A DNA stretch of 63,971 bases, counting the filler, from Octopus bimaculoides (Eukaryota): assembly GCF_001194135.2 (NCBI RefSeq). It is 5 parts of 5 records of this genome, joined end to end, with 100 filler letters (N's around TTAATTAATTAA, not from the genome) between each part and the next. Parts side by side here need not be neighbours in the genome. Positions count along the whole stretch, not along the records: positions 1 to 16,882 come from NC_068999.1; positions 16,983 to 20,840 come from NC_068987.1; positions 20,941 to 41,183 come from NC_068986.1; 2 more parts are not named here. The stretch is one strand, 5' to 3'. The notes under the pieces are model-generated. The model was not told the origin of the DNA, made no database searches, and saw only the letters and a program-made list of their open reading frames with translations. Position 1 is the stretch's first letter. Each line of letters opens with the position of its first letter. Both the position numbers and the translations under genes were made by a program. This document shows positions 13,937 through 25,000 of the stretch, in pieces.

Positions 13937-16174
13937 TCAAAATCAATATGGTAAAAGGAGAATGTTTTTCTTTGTTTTGATTAGAGGAGGGAAGAGAGAG
14001 ATAGATAGAGAGAGAGAGAGAGAGAGAAAGAAAAGCAACGCGGGGGAAAATAGGTAGAGGGAGAGAGGTTTCAGGACAATCAAANNNNNNNNNNNNNNNN
14101 NNNNNNNNNNNNNNNNNNNNNNNNNNNNNNNNNNNNNNNNNNNNNNNNNNNNNNNNNNNNNNNNNNNNNNNNNNNNNNNNNNNNNNNNNNNNNNNNNNNN
14201 NNNNNNNNNNNNNNNNNNNNNNNNNNNNNNNNNNNNNNNNNNNNNNNNNNNNNNNNNNNNNNNNNNNNNNNNNNNNNNNNNNNNNNNNNNNNNNNNNNNN
14301 NNNNNNNNNNNNNNNNNNNNNNNNNNNNNNNNNNNNNNNNNNNNNNNNNNNNNNNNNNNNNNNNNNNNNNNNNNNNNNNNNNNNNNNNNNNNNNNNNNNN
14401 NNNNNNNNNNNNNNNNNNNNNNNNNNNNNNNNNNNNNNNNNNNNNNNNNNNNNNNNNNNNNNNNNNNNNNNNNNNNNNNNNNNNNNNNNNNNNNNNNNNN
14501 NNNNNNNNNNNNNNNNNNNNNNNGCATTCGTATATGTAGATATATGTATATAATCCTAAATGAATGAAAAAACTGAACTCTGTAGGAAGGAAGTTAACCG
14601 GTATATAAAAACATTTCCTGCACTGTGTACAGCGAAATCCCGAACGAATATTTACTATTTACATCAGTTTTCTTAATATGCCTGAACCTCCCTGTAAAAC
14701 AAATATTGAAGCATTCGTTAATTAACATCTATATTTTAGTTTATTTATGCCATGTTTAATGAATCGCAGTCCACGCAAATTTTAACACTTAAAAGTTTTC
14801 TACATCTGAAGATTACATGTTGAGCATCTGAAAGTTATGATAACTATTATTTTGTTCCATTATTATTATAAAAATTACACGAATGAATTCATATGCTTGA
14901 AATAAGTACGTGAATTCCAAGAATTTAAAAGATATGAGTATTCATCTAGTAGGTTTATTTCATCAGAAATACCCGAATTAAACATTGTACAACATTGATA
15001 TAAACTACGCGATTTTCCAGCGACTTTAAGTTACAGAAAAATTCAAATGATGTTATATATGTAGTTAACAATTAAAGTAGATTTCTTCCTCCTGAACTTA
15101 TTAGGGTTTTTATCATTTTCAATGTAACAGTTGAAGAAAATAGCTGCTATTTCTAGTACGAATAGTGGCCATTTACACGCTATCTTGCTTGAAGATATAT
15201 AGTATGCGGCGTGATAATTATAAATCAATATCTATTTCATCTTCCCCGTATGTACACACTTCAACACACACACCCACACACACGCACACACACACACATA
15301 CACACACATACACACACACAGAGGCTTACATTAATGCATACATATNNNNNNNNNNATATATATATATATACACATATACATATATATGTGCCGAGCTGGA
15401 CACGACATATTCATTTCACTGATTCACAAAATAACCGGTATGTAAATTTCGTAGAGAAGATAAATGGCGAGTACTTGATATAAAAATAGATAATGTATGT
15501 GCGAGAATAAATGAGTCTAAGCTGTATTTCCAAGATAAAACGCTTAAAAGGACAGTGATTGATATATAATAATGATACATTTCCCAAAATAACTGGTATA
15601 AACTTCTTAAAATAAGTACATAGAACGTTAAGTTTCCTGAACTTTTCATAGAGAACACACAAATAACGTTTAATCGTTATATGGCATAATCTTTTAAGAC
15701 AAAATTGGTGAAAGTCTAAGATATTGTATTGCTCGTACGTTGGTCGTGATTTCAAGATCTTCCTTTAGGCTTTTGATGTGTGTCTGATCATAACATTTTC
15801 TTCTCTATTGTGCAAGTTCATCCAACGATTAAAAATAGCTTATAAGCGAGTATTAGGTTCAATAGAATGACGTAAAATCGAAGGTGACATTAGCTAATAT
15901 TTGCTTCATAGCACACGCAACGGCTACCAGTGCGTTAGGAGACAGTTTTAATTATTTCAATTATCGAATGTCGACTAAATTTTGAAATTATAACTTTTGT
16001 GTTGGTAGCGTGTGTATGTTTATGAAAAAGCAAGCAAGTTATGCATCATTATTTCAGGTTATATGATATTAAAGGAAACTTTATTTTCAGTATATTTTCT
16101 TGTTGGTGATATAATTTCCAAACTGGAGTTTCTAGAATCATCTTTGCAACAGACGTATCTGCATGTGTATAGGT

Positions 16175-16213
<39 letters not shown>

Positions 16214-17589
16214 GAACACCCACACACAACATACACACACACATACACACACACACATGCACACGCACACACACACGCTTGTATGCATGTGTTTGCATGT
16301 GTGCATGTGTGTGTATAAAATACTATGTAAATTTTAGATGGTAGCCGTTTAATTTAAAGCAGTTCATTTATTTATGGTGAGCTGATATATAGAGATACTG
16401 CATTGTTAAATATTGAAAGACGCCTAATCAATTATTAGTAACCTTTAGTATGAACGCGGAATTCTTCACAGTATCTATTACCATAACTGCTGGGTTATGG
16501 TTTATATACGTATTTCATATGGATGATACTTTAAGTGTATTTGATTTTTTGTTGTGCATATCAAATAATTTTCTTTTATGAAAAAAGTTATGCTAACAAT
16601 CTAGGCATTCTTCAAAACAAAATAGACGTTACTATTTGCATTAAGATAGACTCAGAAGATTTGAGATTGTACTTTATTTATAGGATATTCTTTACAAAAT
16701 TGTTTATTGTAATGTTAATGAAAACGCACTTAATACAAGTAAAGGATTCTAAAAATAGTTCAAATGCTTACTCTTATTCTCTTTTTCTCTTATTGACCAT
16801 TATCTAATTCTTAAATAAGATAAACCACGGACTGTCATGCAAATTGCTTCGAAATTGTTTATATATATATATATATATATATNNNNNNNNNNNNNNNNNN
16901 NNNNNNNNNNNNNNNNNNNNNNNNNNTTAATTAATTAANNNNNNNNNNNNNNNNNNNNNNNNNNNNNNNNNNNNNNNNNNNNTATATATATATATATATG
17001 CGAGGGTATGTGTATGTAAGTATGTAATGAATGCGTGAAGTTGTGCGCGGAAATATGGTGGTGTACAGCCTTATATATGTTTATTTATATCATGTTTATG
17101 CTTGTATGTGTGCGTATATTTGTGTATGTTAGTACACCAGTTATGACGAATATTCGTGTCTATGTGTGTGCTTGTGTACGAAGGTGCATGTACTTGAGTT
17201 GGAGACAATATGGTAGCATTTGGTTTATAAACGTTTATTAGAGTATGTTATCGTCTATCTATATTATTTGCATATTTTGCGAGTATTTATGCAAGTGAGT
17301 ATGCATGTGTATATAAATTACTATGAGTGTTTTTTTTTTTGTGTGAAATTTTCTGTGGATATTTGTCGTATTAACTTCGAGTAGTTACTTCAAATATGTT
17401 GATATTTGTTGTATGAGTGTTAACCTGTATTATATAAACGTATGCATACCGCTGTGTTGATGACATCGTATGTGTGCTTTTGTGTTGATGCTGTCATTAT
17501 TTAGGCCAAATCGACCATGATAGAGCTCACCGTATCATAAAATATATTCCACTAGTGATCAACCTGCATTTTTTATTTCCATGTGACAC

Positions 17590-17716
17590 GCAATCGGACT
17601 GATCTTACATGGTTCCGGGTTCAGTCTCACTGCGTGGATCCGTGAACAAGTGTCTCGTCTCGTGCAACTAAACACTTGTGGGTGGATTTAGTGGAAGGAA
17701 AGTAAAAGAAGCCCCG

Positions 17717-17760
<44 letters not shown>
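17590..17760 (+). mobile_element. SINE family A, 5' half
   Basis: 'acatggttccgggttcagtctcactgcgtgg..caagtgtc..gtgggtggatttagtggaaggaaagtaaaagaagccccga' followed by (TA)(TG)n. Confidence 0.8.
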
Positions 17761-17762
<2 letters not shown>

Positions 17763-18263
17763 GAAAGGATGACCACTAAGTGGACATCTATTATGCTAGA
17801 AATAGACCATCTACGGTCAAACCACAAAAGAAAAGAATGTTCTCTAGGGAAATTCAGCACACACCAGAACATGAACGGGCAAGACAAATGAAAATATACA
17901 AAACAAAGAATTAATCGTAGACCATGATTTCGCCATTAATACATTTACGTAATTTATGCTTGGCCACTGGTTTTAAATTGGTGTTAATTAAATTAATATC
18001 NNNNNNNNNNNNNNNNNNNNNNNNNNNNNNNNNNNNNNNNNNNNNNNNNNNNNNNNNNNNNNNNNNNNNNNNNNNNNNNNNNNNNNNNNNNNNNNNNNNN
18101 NNNNNNNNNNNNNNNNNNNNNNNNNNNNNNNNNNNNNNNNNNNNNNNNNNNNNNNNNNNNNNNNNNNNNNNNNNNNNNNNNNNNNNNNNNNNNNNNNNNN
18201 NNNNNNNNNNNNNNNNNNNNNNNNNNNNNNNNNNNNNNNNNNNNNNNNNNNNNNNNNNTATTA

Positions 18264-18710
18264 ATACTTTCAGTTATTAGACTGCGGCCATGTTGAGGTA
18301 CCCTCTTATTTCTTTATTGCCCACAAGGGGCTAAACATAGAGAGGACAAACAAGGACAGACAAAGGGATTAAGTCGATTACATCGACCCCAGTGCGTAAC
18401 TGGTACTTAATTTATCGACCCCGAAAGGATGAAAGGCAAAGTCGACCTCGGCGGAATTTGAACTCAGAATGTAGCGGCAGACGAAATACCGCTAAGCATT
18501 TCGCCCGCCCGGTGTGCTAATGTTTCTGCCAGCTCGCCACCCTCTTGTTGAGGTACCCTCTTGAGGAATTACAGTCGAATGAATTGATCTCAGTACTAAT
18601 TTTTCTAAAGCTAGGTACTTTTTCTAGTAGTATTATTTTTTCCTAACCGCTATTTCACGGGAACACCGGTTTATCAAGCATTGGTGGTACAAACACTGAC
18701 ACAAATACAC
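18264..18710 (-). mobile_element. SINE family A, 3' half (interrupted by a SINE B insertion)
   Basis: 'tttcagttattagactgcggccatgttgaggtaccctctt|gaggaattacagtcgaatgaattgatctcagtact..ctaaccgcta..acaaacactgacacaaatacac'. Confidence 0.75.
18308..18545 (-). mobile_element. SINE family B, young full-length copy with 17-bp TSD
   Basis: Complete element with A-box-like 'tggcagaaacattag' and B-box-like 'gagttcaaattcc'. Flanked by the direct repeat tgttgaggtaccctctt at 18291-18307 and 18546-18562. Confidence 0.92.
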
Positions 18711-18890
18711 ACACACGCACGCACGCACACACCCATATATACATATATCCACACGCACACATGCACGCACAAATACAACATACACAAGTAAATATATATG
18801 TGTGTGTGTATGCATGTGTGTGTATGCATGTGCGTGTATGTGCGTATACGTGTGTGTGTGTGCGTGTGTGTCTGTGTGTGTGTGTATTAA

Positions 18891-19190
18891 TAGTAATGGT
18901 AAGACAACAAAAGAATGAATGAGACCTCGATATTATTTAAATAGAGGAATTCATCTGTAATATAATATGTGACAATTATTCGGTTGCCATAATAAGACTC
19001 CGTGTTTCGGATGTCGGGGCGGAAACCTGCCCCGGCATCTCTTCAGTTATCGAGGCAATCAAAATATGCTATGAAAATGACTGTTAAACAAAGGGAAATT
19101 ACTATGTAATTGACCGTTATTAAGACAAAAGAGCTATTAGAATGACCGTTAAATAAGGGGAAAAAACCGAAGAGGAGGAAGTAAAAAGAA
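18891..19190 (-). mobile_element. Probable Penelope-like element terminal-repeat fragment
   Basis: Non-microsatellite block carrying an HHR motif, flanked by dinucleotide microsatellites. HHRs are a known hallmark of PLE pseudo-LTRs. No coding sequence seen and the boundaries are approximate. Confidence 0.5.
18991..19051 (-). ncRNA. Type I hammerhead ribozyme motif
   Basis: Minus strand: gauaa-CUGAAGA-gaugccggggc/aggUUUCC/gccccgacauc-c-GAAA-C-acgga-GUC-uuauu. Stem I has 5 bp, stem II spans 11 positions with one mismatch, stem III has 2 bp, and the cleavage triplet is GUC. Confidence 0.7.
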
Positions 19191-19287
19191 GTAAAAATGC
19201 TCATAGCAATCGTGTGAATATGTATATGTGTACATGCAGGGTTGCATAAATATGTGCATCTATTGGCATGGGTATATATATATATAT

Positions 19288-19366
19288 ATACGACGGGCTT
19301 CGTTCAGTTTCCGTCCACAAAATCCACTCACAAGCCTTTTTGGACGGCCAGATGCCATAGCAGAAG
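19288..19366 (-). mobile_element. SINE family A, head-proximal part (runs into gap)
   Basis: 'tatacgacgggcttcgttcagtttccgtccacaaaatccactcacaagcc'. Confidence 0.8.
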
Positions 19367-19595
19367 NNNNNNNNNNNNNNNNNNNNNNNNNNNNNNNNNN
19401 NNNNNNNNNNNNNNNNNNNNNNNNNNNNNNNNNNNNNNNNNNNNNNNNNNNNNNNNNNNNNNNNNNNNNNNNNNNNNNNNNNNNNNNNNNNNNNNNNNNN
19501 NNNNNNNNNNNNNNNNNNNNNNNNNNNNNNNNNNNNNNNNNNNNNNNNNNNNNNNNNNNNNNNNNNNNNNNNNNNNNNNNNNNNNNNNNNNNNNN

Positions 19596-19626
<31 letters not shown>

Positions 19627-19869
19627 ATCTTTACCTTTCGGTTCGCTGAACGCGCAAATGCATTCTTCCGCTCTCCGTTGTTTGCATTTAATCAAAATTC
19701 TTTTTTTTTTTTTACCTGTAATGTAATAAAATAATACATTGTAATATTATATTAATTTTTGTTTTGTTTTGTTTTGGCTCGCTTTATTTTCATTTTAGTT
19801 TACTACTGTTTTATTTCATGGGGAATTTTTAAGGAGGCCTACGTCTATATTCATATATATTATATAGAC

Positions 19870-20232
19870 CAGTAGCTCTCAATAGAAGTCCATATCGCCC
19901 CTGAGGGTCCATATAACATTGGAGGGGATCCACGTAACAAAATAGTAAATTGGGGATCCACAATAGTATTTCAAGGGGCCCCTGAAAAATTTTTGCTTTA
20001 GATGTACGTATTGGAATGTATTGCAGGAAACAATTGGATTTCTTTCTCTGACGTTTTACATTGTTCAACCTACACAAGTCAATGGAATTTTGAAAGAAGC
20101 TTCTATAAAACTAGTTTTATAGAACTATATAGAACCATAGTTTTATAGGACTATAAAACTATGGCGGTCCACCAGAAAAAAAATAATAATCAAAGGGGTC
20201 CATAGATGAAATATGTTGAGTCTATACCTCTG
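19870..20232. mobile_element. hAT (Charlie-like) non-autonomous element / MITE
   Basis: Left end cagtagctctcaa and right end gttgag....ctctg. The 8-bp flanks atatagac (19862-19869) and gtatagac (20233-20240) match at 7/8. Subterminal gggg(a/t)cca motifs are repeated. Confidence 0.65.
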
Positions 20233-20764
20233 GTATAGACTCAACAACATGATTTACCTGTCTTTTGTGTATCGCCTGCACTGGACCAATTGTGTAACTA
20301 CTTTATCCAGTGGCTTGTTGACACCACTATCGTATCAGCTCTGTGTGTGTGTCTGTGTATGTGTGTGTCTGTGTATGTGTGTGTGTGTGCTAAATAGATG
20401 CATGTACATCACTCGATACGTCTTCATTTGTGTAAGCTAAGTTTTTTTTTCTTTTTTGTTTCGCTGAGAATGCTCTATTATAAATTAAAAAGTAGTTGGA
20501 ACTTTGATAAAAAAAAAATGTGTGAAAGAAATATGACAGAAAGGACTAAAAGTCAATATGTTGACGTAAGGTCAATGTCAGAATGTTAAATTTCCGGAAC
20601 ATTATATTGCTGCAATTCGTCGACTGGAACGATGAAACAGAATATCATTGTATTGTAGCTTATCTATGATACGAGGGCTACGAAGTGCCGATACAAAACT
20701 GACGGAATGAAACACACACGAATGGAACGAACGCTTAATATCTAAATGTATAATAGATAGATAC

Positions 20765-20840
20765 ATTTCTTTTATTAGCCACACAGGGCTCAACGAAGAT
20801 GGGACAAATACAATGTAGAGCTTTTCTTTTTGGGAGGGGG
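20765..20840 (-). mobile_element. Probable LINE 3' terminus sharing its tail with SINE B
   Basis: 'ttttattagccacacagggctcaacgaagatgggacaaa' aligns to the SINE B tail 'tctttattgcccacaaggggctaaacatagagaggacaaa', then diverges. Runs into a gap. Confidence 0.5.
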
Positions 20841-20940
20841 NNNNNNNNNNNNNNNNNNNNNNNNNNNNNNNNNNNNNNNNNNNNTTAATTAATTAANNNN
20901 NNNNNNNNNNNNNNNNNNNNNNNNNNNNNNNNNNNNNNNN

Positions 20941-20972
<32 letters not shown>

Positions 20973-21079
20973 TATACATAGTTTGATTATATATAAATAT
21001 ATGTGTGTATGTTGATATACATGCATTTGTTTATAAATATATGGATGATATAAACAGATATGTATGTGCATGTGTGTGA

Positions 21080-21118
<39 letters not shown>

Positions 21119-21845
21119 AAATGGCGATTTCAAAAGTAAAACGTTAACAATTTATATAAAATTTGCTGCTTGTCTTTTCTTTTTCTATTTGTAATTGTGT
21201 ATCTTTGTTTTTGCCATAGACCAGAGAAACGTTATCATTCTTCTGTCTTATGACGCATAAACTTACAGACACAGTCATACATATACACTTACGTAGATAC
21301 TCGTAATATACTGAAACTGTGTGGATTAATAGATCACAAATAAAGATGCCGTCATGCTATAGTTATCCAAGCTATTATGTATAGGCAAGCGTATCATTGA
21401 CTTTTCCAGGCCTTTGGGGAGCCATAAGTTCTATATTACTAAAAGAAATTTAAAACCACATATAGTTCGTGGAGCTTAATTTTAGTGAATTTAATACTGT
21501 ATTTATATGCTCATTTAACCAGTATTAAGTGTATAACTGACAATACAAGTAATTACTGTGTTCGCGTTACTCTCCAATTCAGGAAACATAGGGCATACGA
21601 AGTGATATTTCACAGAAGTGACACGAGAATGTCTATCAAATGTTATGTGAGGACTGTTATGCAAAACCATCAACAGTAAGATTAAACAGAACTAGGTACA
21701 AACAAGAAAATGCAGCGAGATGGTTGGATTATAAGCGAAGTTTTAGTTTGAAATATGAACAGATAAACTTTGAACCACTGCCCCATTGATATTACATATG
21801 GAAATTTAATCTTAATTTTTTTTCCCACTATTATTACATTGAAAT

Positions 21846-22066
21846 AAGGCAGTGAGCAAGTTGAATCCTTAATGCACTGGACAAAACATTCAGCAGTATT
21901 TCGTCCGTTTTTACGTTCTGAGTTCAAATTCCGACGAGGTCGTTTTGCATTTCGTCTTTTCGGGGTCGATAAAATGCATTTCAGTCGAGCACTAAGGTCG
22001 ATGTAATCGATTCCCCCGCTTTCACAAAATTTCAAGCCTTGTGTTTATAACAGAAAGGATTATTAC
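21846..22066 (+). mobile_element. SINE family B
   Basis: 'cagtatttcgtccgtttttacgttctgagttcaaattccgacgaggtcg..cggggtcgataaaa..ggtcgatgtaatcga', with tail 'aaaatttcaagccttgtgtttataacagaaaggattatt'. Confidence 0.85.
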
Positions 22067-25000
22067 ATTGAAATAAATAGCCAGTACTGATTAAAATTCA
22101 CACTTATCATCGAGAAAGTTTCAGATTTAACGTTGTCTATTGTTGTGACTTTACAAGTAATATTGAGAACTACAGCATCCTTTATTGCTTTTATAAGTAG
22201 AAGGTCGCACATATTTGTAAAGATAACGCGATGACTTAAATGAAGTGGTTAGCAAACGGTTATTGATTTCGGCTTATTGAAAAATCATAGCTTTCTTTAT
22301 ATTTATTCCCAATGATATTATTATCACACATAACATTTACTACAGTTTTAAGTTGCTTCACTGGAAACATTTGTGGAAAAAAGTTAAGAGAATTCATACC
22401 AGGAAAGATGTTATAAACAAACGAAGCATTAATATTTCCAGAGAACATTTTTGACGTGCATGCAAAGAACATCATTCCATTTCTTTCAAAACTCATCGAT
22501 CTTTCCTGTCAACCTGATAACGAAATATTCATTTTCTGTTGTTGACTATCGCTTCCCGAATATTGTAAACCGATTATCTTTACAACTGTAGGCGAACCAG
22601 GCATTTCTCAGTATTTTATAATGGCATAAAATACTGGTAAGCGTCATGGTAGGTGTTTGAAATATCTTTGCCATCACTAACGCGAGATTTCTGTTCAGCA
22701 TTTCGTTTATTTGTGTTGCTTAAAACTCACAGAGCATTTTAAACACATTCGCAACAGTAGAACCACATTATTAACATATGTAAAAATGAATGAATTTGAA
22801 AAGGAAAATGACAGATGATTATAGAAATATTTTTTTACTTGGGAATTGCAGTCAGTCATTTTCCATAAAGGACAAACTAATTTCACCCTTTCACCGCTAG
22901 TCAACATATGATACTATATACCTATGATAAAAAGCATTCTGTCTGACCAAACTGTCTGTATTTTCAGTGAATTTTCTTTGTTTAAGACGGAAGTGTATGA
23001 TTCGGGTTAGATTTGGTTAATATTTATTGCAGGTCGAAAGACCATATAGCAGGTCCTTCGTTTTGCTATTTTTAAGCAAGTCGAACAATACTTTTATAAG
23101 AGAAAGACATAATTGTTACGACAGGAATGCTTCTGATTATAGATCCCCTCAATTAGATCTGAACTAAGGCCAAATATAACAACAGTCGCAAATACATTTA
23201 AGAACACATAGAATAATGTAGTTCTGGAATACTCTGTACGAGAAAAAGACAAGATAGTTACGTTAAGAATACTTCTGATCATACACCAGTCGTATGCCGA
23301 CACATTACATAACGTACCCATAGATATACTACGCCTAATAAAGCGTAGAACAATCATACCTTTAATTCATTTGTAAGATATCTGCTCAGTCAGATCTGCT
23401 GTATGTTAAACAAGAATAACAAATAGCTAAATACAGAGATAAATTAGATAACGCAGTTGTAAATAAACTATATTTGGGAAGATACCGGTTGGTCATATCA
23501 GGAATGTCTCCGATCATAGGTTTACTGGACCAGGAGAAATCTGGAGGTACACAATATTAGTATCCCCACCCTACTACCACCATCTTCGTCATCATCATCA
23601 TCATCAACAACAACAACATTCACAACAATAAATATATATCATCTGAATAGGAGTTTCTTTGACAGTTACACTAATAAGCTTGTGCTTTCCATGTTTTCAA
23701 GATCTGGGGTGACTATTAATTCCTCATTTATCTATTTTATAATCCTTGAATGAACAAGAGAAACAGTATTATTTGGACATTACTATTTGTAAACAATTAA
23801 TATATGTTATATCACTGTATTTAATTCTATTTCCTAATTAGGAAATTATATAATTTGTGATCCGCGCTTGATTATGCAGGGTACATTTGAAAAATAAGTT
23901 CAAAAAGTATTTCTAGATTTAGATATTATTTTTAATTTCACGTATCAAAAAAGATAGAGAAACTTCGACGTTCGCTACTGTATGGTTTGAAGAAGACTTG
24001 GTTGCTCACTGACACTTTGGAATTCCATCGCGTCCAGAGTACCTTTATTTCTAAAAAGAAATATGAGATGGTCATGGGTTGATAAAAAGCTGACTCAGGG
24101 TAAAACAACAGTAGTAAGAAAAATCACTGAATTAGAATCATTTCATTAAAAGAGAAAAAATTATCAAGCTCACATTAAGGTTTGTTGCACTGATAATTTT
24201 TTTAAAAAATCAGATTTGTACTTCTAGCATAAAATCCCCAAACTTCAAGCCAGAAAACCTCAAACTTGCACTTTCTTGTCGGAAAAAATCTCATATTTTG
24301 TTCATCCTATCGTTGTAAGTAAGCAAATATAGCCAGCAGATATTAGCAAATGCGTCGCAACTCCCTAATTAAAAACGAAAATTTTGTAGATAAATTACAG
24401 ACAGCAAAAAATAAGAAGTATTTATATTTGTGAAAATGTATCATTAATATTTTAGACTTTGAAAATTATTATAATAATTGAGAATTTATTACTAGTAGTT
24501 CAACTTACACTGTTTCCGGATTCGTTTAAAAAGCTAAGTAGTAATTAAGCCAATAAAAAAACATTAATATTCTTTTATATTTCCTGCAGAAATGTTTTCG
24601 TTTTCGTGATTATTCTCATTATTTATATATTTTATTTTTCATTTTAAAAATACAACCATAAGCTCATGTAGATTCTTGAAATAACATTTATGGGATATTT
24701 TTTCTATCTTTTGAAATGTAATACTTTTAATAAAGTAATCTGAAATTCACCATGAGCGGCTTTATAGATCCTCATATAAGGATTTTCTAACAACTTGGTA
24801 TCACGGTGTGTGAACAACATTGGTGATTCTATGGGTACTTTAAGATGAGTTTATGTATGTTACATCCTATGTTTAGTTTGATTGAACAAACTAGTGAAGA
24901 AGGTTTACATCTTTGCTACCTAATCAAATAAAATCAACTGAGTGAGAACTGTTCATTTCGAGAACAACGAATAACATCACAAATGTTATAAATTCCCAAG

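Noticed and set aside
21583-21675. 93-nt plus-strand AG..GT exon candidate (KHRAYEVIFHRSDTRMSIKCYVRTVMQNHQ)
   Set aside because: The splice signals are plausible, but such matches are expected by chance in 64 kb. I see no recognisable protein and no compatible neighbouring exons.
17501-24110. Possible short dispersed repeat (17501-17575 +, 23478-23545 -, 24060-24110 -)
   Set aside because: Only about 60% similar by eye over about 60 nt; I cannot support a family call without an alignment.
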